Notes under the pieces: generated by a model
Told to the model about the DNA's origin: nothing
The model's database searches: none
What the model saw: only the letters and a program-made list of their open reading frames with translations
From: Candidatus Micrarchaeota archaeon
GTDB taxonomy: Archaea; Micrarchaeota; Micrarchaeia; Anstonellales; Anstonellaceae
Assembly (NCBI GenBank): GCA_043810635.1
Contig: JBDRNY010000062.1
Span: 1-15,716 of the forward strand
Reading direction: 5' to 3'
DNA length: 15,716 nt
Program-made: the position numbers and the translations under genes
Shown here: one piece after another, positions 8,076-15,716 of the stretch
How positions within the stretch are numbered: the first letter of the stretch is position 1
Layout: each line of letters starts with the position of its first letter

Positions 8076-8969
8076 TCAATTCCCACGGGAAGCCATCTTC
8101 TCTTTTTCATCCATGCTTCTTACATCAAGCGAAGGCATGCATTCCCCAAGCCCTTCACTCACTTTTGCAACAATTTCCGCATCATTAAAATGAGCTGTTG
8201 CTTCCACAATAGCCCTTGCCCTTTCTTTAGGATTTGAGGATTTGAATATTCCGGAGCCGACAAAAACCCCTTCACAGCCCAATTGCATGCACAATGCCGC
8301 ATCTGCAGGGGTGGCAATGCCTCCCGCAGCAAAATTAACAACAGGCAATTCTCCTTCCTCCTTCACTTTTTTAACCAATTCAAGAGGCACTCTCATTTCT
8401 TTTGCCATCATTTGCAATTGCTTTTCATCTGCATTTTTCACATCTTCAATTTGCCCAAAAACAGTGCGAATATGCTTTACAGCTTCCACAATATTCCCGG
8501 TGCCCGCCTCGCCCTTAGTGCGAATCATAGCCGCCCCCTCATTAATTCTGCGAAGGGCTTCCCCCAAATTCCTGCAACCGCAAACAAAAGGCACTTTAAA
8601 TTTCCATTTATCAACATGATTCTCTTCATCAGCAGGAGTCAATACTTCTGATTCGTCAATATAATCCACTTTAAGCGCTTCCAATATTTGCGCTTCAACA
8701 AAATGCCCCATCCTGCATTTTGCCATCACAGGAATAGTCACAGCTTCTTTTATTTCTCTTATTTTAAGCGGGTCGCTCATCCTTGCAACCCCCCCGTCTT
8801 TCCTAATATCTGCAGGCACCCTTTCCAATGCCATTACAGCAACCGCGCCAGCTTCCTGCGCAATTTTGGCCTGCTCGGCATTAACCACATCCATTATTAC
8901 TCCGCCTTTCAGCATTTGAGCCAGGCCTGCCTTGAGCTTAAAGCTGCCGATAGAATTATCCGAATTCAT
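8076..8969 (-). CDS. pdxS: PLP synthase lyase subunit PdxS
   Basis: [66 protein letters not shown]. Confidence 0.98.
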   Translation of the reverse strand: MNSDNSIGSFKLKAGLAQMLKGGVIMDVVNAEQAKIAQEAGAVAVMALERVPADIRKDGGVARMSDPLKIREIKEAVTIPVMAKCRMGHFVEAQILEALKVDYIDESEVLTPADEENHVDKWKFKVPFVCGCRNLGEALRRINEGAAMIRTKGEAGTGNIVEAVKHIRTVFGQIEDVKNADEKQLQMMAKEMRVPLELVKKVKEEGELPVVNFAAGGIATPADAALCMQLGCEGVFVGSGIFKSSNPKERARAIVEATAHFNDAEIVAKVSEGLGECMPSLDVRSMDEKEKMASRGN

Positions 8970-9026
8970 ATTTCTCCCTGAATATATTTAGACTGTATTA
9001 TTTATAGGGCTTACACTATTGAAAAA

Positions 9027-9437
9027 TCAGCAAAATGCGCTCTCTATAAGAATAGGCGCGTCTTTCGGAGCTTTGCCTTTTTTATATATTTCCATTGTTA
9101 TGTCCAATTCAAACGGGTTTTCCTTAATTTTTCCTTTTTTTACCGCCTCGTGCGCAGCAACAAAAATATTTAAGCTCGCTTTTTCCATTTTGTTATCCTC
9201 TAGTCCGCTCTCCCGAAGTGTTTTTAGGCTGGTATAACTTCGCTCAAGTGTTTCCAAGACTTTTGCCCCTCCCATTCCGTTTTTCGCTTTCTTGAGCGCA
9301 ATAAGCATCGCAGTGTACCTAAAATTTTTTTCTATTTTTAGCATTCTTCCAATCTGACGCATTTTTGGCACCTTCACTAAACCTGTTGCAATTCTAATGC
9401 CCCTCCTCCTATTTAAATAATATGTCACAAATGGCAT
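9027..9437 (-). CDS. Hypothetical basic protein, divergent from the ACT regulator
   Basis: 136-aa ORF filling the gap; no motif recognised. Confidence 0.6.
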   Translation of the reverse strand: MPFVTYYLNRRRGIRIATGLVKVPKMRQIGRMLKIEKNFRYTAMLIALKKAKNGMGGAKVLETLERSYTSLKTLRESGLEDNKMEKASLNIFVAAHEAVKKGKIKENPFELDITMEIYKKGKAPKDAPILIESAFC

Positions 9438-9483
9438 ATTTTATAAATATTTAGCATAAATATGTATATTATGTCACAATTGG
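9417..9483. promoter_or_regulatory. Divergent promoter flanked by an 18-bp direct-repeat pair (putative operators)
   Basis: ATAATATGTCACAAATGG (9417-9434) and ATATTATGTCACAATTGG (9466-9483), 16/18 identical, around TTTTATAAATAT. Confidence 0.55.
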
Positions 9484-10112
9484 AAAGGGAAGTGCATGAA
9501 TTTATGCTTGCAAACCCCGCAATAAGAAAAAGCTATAGTGCAAAGCTTATCAACAGGAGGGCATTGGCAAGAAAAATAATCAGGGAAATGCCTGAAATAA
9601 AAAAAGCGAATTTTGAGGCAATTATTGCTGTTTTAAGGAGGATGGAATTTGAAAAAGAGGAAGGCGGAGCCACAGTTTCGCTTATTCGGGATGCGGCTGT
9701 TGTTGTAAAAGACAATATTGCAATTGCTAATTTGCAAAAATCAAATGAATTGGTAAAAAGGATTGAAAGAATTATTCCGAAAATTTCATATGAAAAAAAC
9801 GAAACATTCAAATTTGTGGTAGGCACCTCTTCAATAAAAATATTTTTGGATGAGAAGAATTTGCATTTGGTTGATGCATTTGCAGGAAAAAGAGAAATAA
9901 TATATATTCACAAAAAAATAACCGAAATAAGTTTGCAATTCCCGGAAAAAGCCGTTTCCACAAAAGGAATTTTATCATTCATCACTTCTTCCCTTTCAAT
10001 AAATGACGTGATAATTGAGGAATTTCTTTCCTGCTCTCCGGAATTATTGATTTATGTGCGCGGCGGGCAGGCATTGAAAGCTTATGAAACAATAAAGAAG
10101 ATGCAAAAATAA
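9471..10112 (+). CDS. Archaeal HTH/ACT-domain regulator-like protein
   Basis: LINRRALARKI resembles the INYSALAR motif of this family; C-terminal ACT-like TKGILSFITSSLSINDVIIEEFLSCSPELLIYV; start at 9471 or 9462. Confidence 0.75.
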   Translation: MSQLEREVHEFMLANPAIRKSYSAKLINRRALARKIIREMPEIKKANFEAIIAVLRRMEFEKEEGGATVSLIRDAAVVVKDNIAIANLQKSNELVKRIERIIPKISYEKNETFKFVVGTSSIKIFLDEKNLHLVDAFAGKREIIYIHKKITEISLQFPEKAVSTKGILSFITSSLSINDVIIEEFLSCSPELLIYVRGGQALKAYETIKKMQK

Positions 10113-10130
10113 TGTTTGGGCGGTTTGTTT

Positions 10131-10253
10131 ATGATAATGTTTGATGGAATTTTGCTTGGATTGGCGGCAATAGCTGTTGTCGGATTTATGCTCTTGGCAA
10201 TTATAGCAATTATCGCATTCATTTATTTCAAATTTATAAAAAAGAAAAAATAA
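10131..10253 (+). CDS. 40-aa single-pass membrane protein (below the ORF-track cutoff)
   Basis: MIMFDGILLGLAAIAVVGFMLLAIIAIIAFIYFKFIKKKK; hydrophobic helix followed by a Lys tail; GGCGG RBS at 10119-10123. Confidence 0.7.
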   Translation: MIMFDGILLGLAAIAVVGFMLLAIIAIIAFIYFKFIKKKK

Positions 10254-10398
10254 TCGCCTAAACCGGTCCATAACTTTTACATATTTCTGCTTTGCTTTCA
10301 AATAGGGGAGGATTTCCCCCCGCCTCTCTTTGCCCGCCTCTTGTTTATTAAATATTAATATTGTTATATAATACTCAAATACATGGAGCAATATTTTT

Positions 10399-11223
10399 AT
10401 GACAATAATAATCGGAATACCTGAAAAAGATACGCGGGGCAGGCCCAAAAAATACCTGCACTATGACACTAGATGGAAAGGACTAAATATAGTGAATCGT
10501 TCTTTGCTTACTGAAGATAGCTGCCCGTCAGAAAAAACCCTTAAAACTATTGTTGAAAATGATGAAAAAGAAGCCAGAAAAAACAAAAATCCAAACTCTA
10601 TGTCAGAAACGCAAGAAACAATCATCCAAAAATTTTATAAAAAACATGTGATAGAAAAAGACGGGAGAATAAAAGTTGCCAGCAAGCGTGAATTGGAAAA
10701 AGAAGACGGGCCTCTCCTGAATTCAATAACGCGCAGTTTCAAAGACTATCCTTTTTTTGTTGCCAAACTAAAAATAGCATACTGCCGCCTGAAAAATTTG
10801 GATTATTCAAACATCGGGCTTACGAAAAAAGGTTTTGAGCCGTATATTGGGCATACTAACCCAAACCCAGGGCCTTTAGAAGAAAATATAATGAAAGAAA
10901 TCAACACCAAAAAACTTTCAACCCAAGAAATTGTCAAAAAATATCTTGAAATAATAAAAAAAGAGGAATATACAAAAAAAGATGCTATATATTTCCCTGA
11001 AAAGGAAGAAATTGAAAAAGAATGCCCCGGGCTTTATTATCAAATAAAGAAGGAATTCCCAAGCTTGCGTGATTTTGAGTTTTTTCTTATTTTTGAAGAG
11101 GGGCATTTGGAAGGATATTTGTATGATAAAATATTGGAAATTTTATACAAAGAAAAAACAGACTTTTTTGAAGAGAAGTTAATGAAAAAAGAGGGGTTAA
11201 TGAAAGTATTCCAAAAATGTTAA
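10399..11223 (+). CDS. Hypothetical protein with an AT-hook-like motif and two internal helical repeats
   Basis: 274-aa ORF; RGRPKK near the N-terminus; repeated SKRELEKEDGPLLNSITRSF / EKEEIEKECPGLYYQIKKEF. Confidence 0.75.
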   Translation: MTIIIGIPEKDTRGRPKKYLHYDTRWKGLNIVNRSLLTEDSCPSEKTLKTIVENDEKEARKNKNPNSMSETQETIIQKFYKKHVIEKDGRIKVASKRELEKEDGPLLNSITRSFKDYPFFVAKLKIAYCRLKNLDYSNIGLTKKGFEPYIGHTNPNPGPLEENIMKEINTKKLSTQEIVKKYLEIIKKEEYTKKDAIYFPEKEEIEKECPGLYYQIKKEFPSLRDFEFFLIFEEGHLEGYLYDKILEILYKEKTDFFEEKLMKKEGLMKVFQKC

Positions 11224-11225
11224 AA

Positions 11226-13280
11226 TCAGCCGTACTGGTCCACAACTTTTACATAACCCGGCTTTACTTTGTACAAATCTCCCTTGTAAATCAATTCATC
11301 CAAAAATCTCCTGGCATCAATTTCCGATATATTGATTTTCTCACTTTCTTCAATAATTTTGTTTATTTCAACAACATCAAATTTTTTCTGCAATTCCTTT
11401 GATATTGCAAATATATGGTTTATTTTATCAACTTGCGATTTTGGCCTGCCTGTTGCAAGAATATCCACATCAAGCGCCCCGGTTTCCCTGTCTCTCATAA
11501 TCTGGTCATGCATGAAATTAAGCAAAGAAATTGCCCTGTCAGCATCCTCTTTTTCAGCAATATTCGAGTTTCTCACTTTTGCGCTTGCTTCAGTAAGCCT
11601 GATAATTCCCTCAATTTGTCTCGGAGTTATGGGAACTGCCCCCTGCTGGGCCCCCCTCACTCTCAAATCAACATAATATTCCTTAATTATTTCAGATGCT
11701 TCCTCGCTCAGCACCGGCTGGCAATTTTTTCTCATATATGCAATATATTTTCTTAAAAATTCCCTGTCAATCCCTTTTAATTTCTCTTCTTCCTCCTTCG
11801 GCTTCCGGTGGGCGGTGAGTATTTTTTCAGCCATTTCAGAATCCTTCACTTTGTCAAGAATGTCATAAATAACAAAAACCAAGTCAAACCTTGAAAGCAA
11901 TGTCGGCGGAATGTCAAACTGCTCTGCAGGCAGCCTGTTTCTGTCAAACCTGCCAAATTTCGGGTTTGCTGCAGCCAATATAGCGCATTTTGTGCGAAAT
12001 GTTGCAACCATGCCTGCTTTTGCAACAGAAACAGTTTGTGATTCCATTGCCTCATGCATTGCAGCACGCTCATTTTCATCCATTTTATCAAATTCATCAA
12101 CAGCAGCCATTCCCCCTGAAGCAAGCACCAATGCCCCTGCTTTCAAAGTCCACCCTCCCTCGCCCAATTCATCTCTTTCAGCAGAAGCAGTCAATCCCGC
12201 CCCTGTAGCGCTCTTTCCTGAAACATACAGCCCTTTAGGCACCAAATCCCTTGCATATTGAAGCATCCTTGTTTTCGCGCTCCCAGGGTCTCCTATAAGC
12301 AATATATGCACATCATCCCTTATCTTGGCTCCCCCGGGCATCATCTTGTTTTTGGTTCCTCCAAACATTTGCAAAGCAACTGACAGTTTCACTTCATCAT
12401 GCCCGTAAATGCCCGGCGCAACCGCTTTCTGTATATATTCATACGTTTTCGGGTCTTTTGACATTTCCAATATTTGCTTTTTCTCGTCTTCAGTAATAGT
12501 TATCTCTTCAAAATCCCTTCTCAAGCTGGAAATATTATTCACTTCAAAATATCTTGAATAAATGCTTCCCCCTGTTGTATCAGCACCCCGCCTTCCCCTC
12601 TGCCTCAAAGGAGGGCGCAGCCTTAAAATTCCTGTTAATTCAATCGATTCCCCGGGCGAAAGCATATTTACCAATTCATCTTCCATATACAATTCAATTT
12701 TAGCCGCAGGCGCCCCCCCTCTTAACCTTTCAAGCAATTCCTGAGCTTCCGCCCTCTGAATATCAACAAAATAAGACCCTTCCTCATCCAGTTTCAAGCT
12801 CCTTCTCCTGCATTCGGGGCATATTTCAGGCGCTATCATTTTTCTTGTAATAGGCACCCTCAATATATGGTCGCACATAAGGCATTTGTACAATGCAACT
12901 TTTACCTTATGCATCACTTCCGCCCTCTTCGTGATAATTGCCTTCATCGAGAGCAGTTTGTCAATATGGGAAGAAGACATATCTTGTATAAGCTTTTCCC
13001 CGCCCATTCCTGTTATTCTCACATGAGGGGCAAATTCAATATCCATCACGCCTGCCTTCGGCTTTTTTATTATTTTTTCAAAAGCAGGCAAAGCAATATC
13101 CGGCTTGTCCAATACAAAATCAGCCAATTCTAAATTAAATTTCTGAATATCAGTATAATCCACTATCAGGCTTCTATTTGTGGGATAATTTTCCTCAACT
13201 TCTTTGAGCGGTTGCTTGCAATAAGCTTCAACAAACTCCTCCCACAGCGCCATCAAATGGGAGTCATCAAAATCCGCCAT
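11226..13280 (-). CDS. mcm: Replicative helicase MCM
   Basis: C4 zinc finger (CLMC..CPEC), Walker A GDPGSAKT, Walker B VDEFDKM, AAANPKFGRF, Arg finger SRFD, TPRQIE; GGAGGT RBS favours ATG 13280. Confidence 0.97.
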   Translation of the reverse strand: MADFDDSHLMALWEEFVEAYCKQPLKEVEENYPTNRSLIVDYTDIQKFNLELADFVLDKPDIALPAFEKIIKKPKAGVMDIEFAPHVRITGMGGEKLIQDMSSSHIDKLLSMKAIITKRAEVMHKVKVALYKCLMCDHILRVPITRKMIAPEICPECRRRSLKLDEEGSYFVDIQRAEAQELLERLRGGAPAAKIELYMEDELVNMLSPGESIELTGILRLRPPLRQRGRRGADTTGGSIYSRYFEVNNISSLRRDFEEITITEDEKKQILEMSKDPKTYEYIQKAVAPGIYGHDEVKLSVALQMFGGTKNKMMPGGAKIRDDVHILLIGDPGSAKTRMLQYARDLVPKGLYVSGKSATGAGLTASAERDELGEGGWTLKAGALVLASGGMAAVDEFDKMDENERAAMHEAMESQTVSVAKAGMVATFRTKCAILAAANPKFGRFDRNRLPAEQFDIPPTLLSRFDLVFVIYDILDKVKDSEMAEKILTAHRKPKEEEEKLKGIDREFLRKYIAYMRKNCQPVLSEEASEIIKEYYVDLRVRGAQQGAVPITPRQIEGIIRLTEASAKVRNSNIAEKEDADRAISLLNFMHDQIMRDRETGALDVDILATGRPKSQVDKINHIFAISKELQKKFDVVEINKIIEESEKINISEIDARRFLDELIYKGDLYKVKPGYVKVVDQYG

Positions 13281-13309
13281 TCTACCTCCCATCCATATAT
13301 GCATGATGA

Positions 13310-13323
13310 AATTTATATAAAGG
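13310..13323 (-). promoter_or_regulatory. TATA box of mcm
   Basis: Minus strand CCTTTATATAAATT about 30-40 bp upstream of the start. Confidence 0.5.
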
Positions 13324-13379
13324 TAAGATTCGGGGAAGTTTGATATAGAAATAAAAACCCTGATGCCGTTGCCTGAATC

Positions 13380-13460
13380 TCAAATTTCTATTTTCTCGCC
13401 TGCAACAGGCGCAATTGCATCAAAACCTTCCAATTTTAATTCTTCTGAAAATTCGTTCAT
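13380..13460 (-). pseudogene. Possible C-terminal remnant of an MBL-fold/beta-CASP RNA-metabolising hydrolase
   Basis: MNEFSEELKLEGFDAIAPVAGEKIEI* resembles the F.EEL...GF.A.AP..GE.IE tail that follows the HG[ED] motif in that family; the motif itself is absent. Confidence 0.4.
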
Positions 13461-13525
13461 TTGCCCAGCAGCCCAATCTTTAAAAGTTGAGTTAGTATAT
13501 TTGTTCTGGTGAGGATGTGGCTGAT

Positions 13526-13732
13526 ATGCAGCGCAAACCCGATTCTGGCGCAGATGCCGCTGCCTTATTTCTAAAGCTTTATTCAAATCTGCCGGTTGCG
13601 GAACGGGCGCATGTTGTTTTGGTGCTTGAAAATGAGCCTATAAGCTGGGAAGTGGCAAGAAATGAAATTATTCATAAGACAAAGCGCGCTGCAAAAATAC
13701 TTAAAAAACTGCAGGAGCTGAAAATAATATAG
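13526..13732 (+). CDS. Small hypothetical protein, cassette gene 1
   Basis: GGTGAGG RBS at 13508-13514; FLKLYSNLP..ER...EPISW....EI...T..A.KILKKL.ELKII; alternative GTG start at 13517. Confidence 0.8.
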   Translation: MQRKPDSGADAAALFLKLYSNLPVAERAHVVLVLENEPISWEVARNEIIHKTKRAAKILKKLQELKII

Positions 13733-13741
13733 CGGTGCATC

Positions 13742-13948
13742 ATGGCTTTCTCCGAAGATGAGGCAAAAATTGTGCTTGAAAGGCTCAGGGTTATGCCAAG
13801 CACGGTAAAATTAAATATTGGGAGCTATGACTCTTTCACAAGGGACCAGCTTATGAAAGCAGTTTCCGAACGCTCTGAAATCGGGGAGCTGGTAGTCAAA
13901 ATGCAGATGGAATATCTTCGCTCTTTCAAGGGCAGGGTGGGCGAATGA
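13742..13948 (+). CDS. Small hypothetical protein, cassette gene 2
   Basis: GCGGTG RBS, 9 bp after gene 1; VLERL..MP....L.IGS...FT...L...V...SEIG......Q.EYLRS. Confidence 0.82.
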   Translation: MAFSEDEAKIVLERLRVMPSTVKLNIGSYDSFTRDQLMKAVSERSEIGELVVKMQMEYLRSFKGRVGE

Positions 13949-14166
13949 CCAATAGCGGGGCAGACTTTCTGATGACGGCTCCTGAGCATGATAATGTAAC
14001 TTTTTATTGCGCAAGGTGGAGCAAAGAAGTTGCGGAAGAAGCCAGGCGCAAAAATTTGAATGTGGCTGTTCTTTCAAAAGAAAAAGCAAACCAGGCGGAG
14101 TTTGAAGGGCGCCTTAAGAAAATACACGCAAGCAATTTTGCCGAGGTAAAAAGAAAAGGCCTGTAA
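13945..14166 (+). pseudogene. Cassette gene 3; apparently the truncated N-terminus of an alpha/beta protein, possibly a caspase-like (clan CD) peptidase
   Basis: ATGA overlap with gene 2; LMTAPEHD..T.Y...WS..V...A......V..L..EKAN..EFE..LKK; no His-Gly motif before the stop. Confidence 0.55.
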
Positions 14167-14176
14167 AAAATGTGCA

Positions 14177-14194
14177 AAAGAAAGATTTATATAC
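14177..14194 (+). promoter_or_regulatory. BRE-TATA promoter-like element
   Basis: AAAGAAAGATTTATATAC about 25 bp upstream of ATG 14219. Confidence 0.45.
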
Positions 14195-14339
14195 CCGCAT
14201 CAGGATTATACTACTACTATGAGCCCTGGTAATCCAATGGGTTGCCAGATGTATTATAATTTCTTTTGGCGTTCTATTTTTCATGAAGGATAAATGCTGT
14301 GTTTTTATAGACAACCAATATCTAATATGTGAATAGAAC

Positions 14340-14697
14340 CTAAAGCGAATCCCATATTCTCTTTGCTAGTCGATCATTCCATTTTCGTTTGAGGTTTTCT
14401 TCGCCAAGACGGGCTTTCTCAGCTTGAGCGAGAGTTTGCGCTTGGATACGTCCTTTACGTTCTTTTTCCTGCGCAAGTTTCAATTTTGCCTTGTGGGTTT
14501 CCTCTTTGGCTATTTTAATGGCTGACTGATGAGCAAAGCGCCATACTATATATAATATAAGAAGAAACACCTACTGTAATTAGTATAAGGCCAAGAGAGA
14601 GGAAATTGGCTAGCACCAAAACCGTACCGCATATTACTGCGGTTGCCGGAGTGGCAAGTTTCCCTATTTTTACAATATTTAGCTCTAGCAACTCCAT
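14340..14697 (-). pseudogene. Putative membrane protein (two hydrophobic segments plus a charged helical tail) split by a frameshift near 14570
   Basis: Overlapping ORFs 14697-14515 and 14570-14340 join as ...LGLILITVG / VFLLILYIVWRF... Confidence 0.4.
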
Positions 14698-14859
14698 AAA
14701 GGTATCTAGAATGGTTTATTTATTTCACTTTTGATACAGTACCCTGCACACTTTGGATACTTAATGATGCAAGTTCCGACCCTGCACTTCTAAATTGGTT
14801 AGATTACATTGTTAAATATGGATAGATAAAATTATTAATGAAGGTGATAGTAGTATTTT

Positions 14860-15716
14860 ATGGTAACTGAAGAGAGTCGTTTGGCAACAAAATGGCTTAA
14901 ACTTTCGGCAAGTGAACTTCTAGATCTAGTATTGAACAAAATTGATATCTACGAAGAAACAAAGAATCTAAATAAAACCAAAAAAATAGATTATCTGGTA
15001 TCTTCCCATTATGACATACTTAGGCCATATGTCGATTTTCTTCAAAGATCAAAATATTCGAGTATAAATAAAAGCCTCTTTTTCAAAGAAACTTTCAAGT
15101 TACTGAAAAATAATTCTGCATTCGATAAGAATGATAAGAATTATGTAAATCTGGTTCTTAGTTGTATCGTTAACGATGTTCATGTTGAAAGTATTGATAA
15201 ACTATTTCATCAGTGTAAGATTCGGAGGAACAAAAATATCGAGATCTATAAACTAAAAACCGAACACCGCGATCCGGATCTCAAAAAGATTGGAGAATGT
15301 ATGAAACGTTGGAATAAAGAAAATGAAGATAAGATTAAAATCTACTTGGACTCTAAAGATGACGGATACTACATAACGGTTTCAAAAGAATTCGGGGTAA
15401 GAACCTTTTGGTATTTTAAGAGTAGAACAAAACCAGATACCATAAATAAAACAACAATTCATCCCATCAAAAGATATACATTTCATCTGTATAGAGATAA
15501 AATAGCATGGATGATAAAAGGAAAAAATAATTTAGAATCTGAAAAATCATTCCTATTTATTCTAAATCATATTTTCGGTCAAGAGGTTGCTGTTGAAAAA
15601 AATAAACGCACAGTAATACAAAAAATTGAGAGAACTCTACGGGAAAGCAAAGACTGCAGTAGTCTGTTCAATAAAGTGAACCGTATAAGAGACGAAACCA
15701 TAAGAAAAATAGAAAA
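14860..15716 (+). CDS. Hypothetical protein, partial (at least 285 aa, runs off the right edge; absent from the ORF track)
   Basis: AGGTGA RBS at 14842-14847; MVTEESRLATKWLKLSASELLDLVLNKIDIYEE... has no stop to the window end by manual translation. Confidence 0.85.
   Translation, partial: MVTEESRLATKWLKLSASELLDLVLNKIDIYEETKNLNKTKKIDYLVSSHYDILRPYVDFLQRSKYSSINKSLFFKETFKLLKNNSAFDKNDKNYVNLVLSCIVNDVHVESIDKLFHQCKIRRNKNIEIYKLKTEHRDPDLKKIGECMKRWNKENEDKIKIYLDSKDDGYYITVSKEFGVRTFWYFKSRTKPDTINKTTIHPIKRYTFHLYRDKIAWMIKGKNNLESEKSFLFILNHIFGQEVAVEKNKRTVIQKIERTLRESKDCSSLFNKVNRIRDETIRKIE

Noticed and set aside
6322..9237. Plus-strand ORFs opposite the aminotransferase, ogg, pdxS and the 9027-9437 gene
   Set aside because: Antisense shadows of better-supported genes
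10044..10448. 134-aa minus-strand ORF
   Set aside because: Overlaps three plus-strand genes; reads as the antisense of a hydrophobic peptide
11226..13380. Intein in MCM or replication origin beside mcm
   Set aside because: MCM is of normal length with contiguous motifs; no ORB-like repeats or cdc6 gene seen
13461..13586. N-terminal part of ORF 13380-13586
   Set aside because: Overlaps the upstream region, RBS and start of cassette gene 1 on the opposite strand
14700..14825. Protein-like plus-strand frame (RYLEWFIYFT...NWLDYIVKYG)
   Set aside because: No ATG start, short and bounded by stops; cannot be supported as a gene
1..15716. CRISPR array, rRNA or tRNA genes
   Set aside because: No regularly spaced repeats or structural-RNA signatures of these types found

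Overview
Archaeal chromosome segment, compact and AT-rich, with archaeal TATA boxes and GGAGG/GGTGA ribosome-binding sites. A DPANN-type host such as Micrarchaeota is an inference. Core genes are rps6e-eIF2gamma-taw1, pdxT, a pdxS-ogg-aminotransferase operon (aminotransferase frameshifted), an ACT-domain regulator and mcm, interspersed with orphan ORFs. A complete IS481-family element with terminal inverted repeats and a 14-bp target duplication sits between pdxT and its probable promoter. The most interesting signals are: (1) a 75-bp GC-rich palindromic element inserted in frame in taw1; (2) a box C/D kink-turn small-RNA candidate at the left edge; (3) a coupled three-gene cassette right of mcm, with two small mutually similar proteins and a truncated possible caspase-like protease, at the edge of an accessory region; and (4) an 18-bp direct-repeat operator pair around the divergent promoter of the ACT regulator. 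No searches were run; family calls rest on motif recognition.
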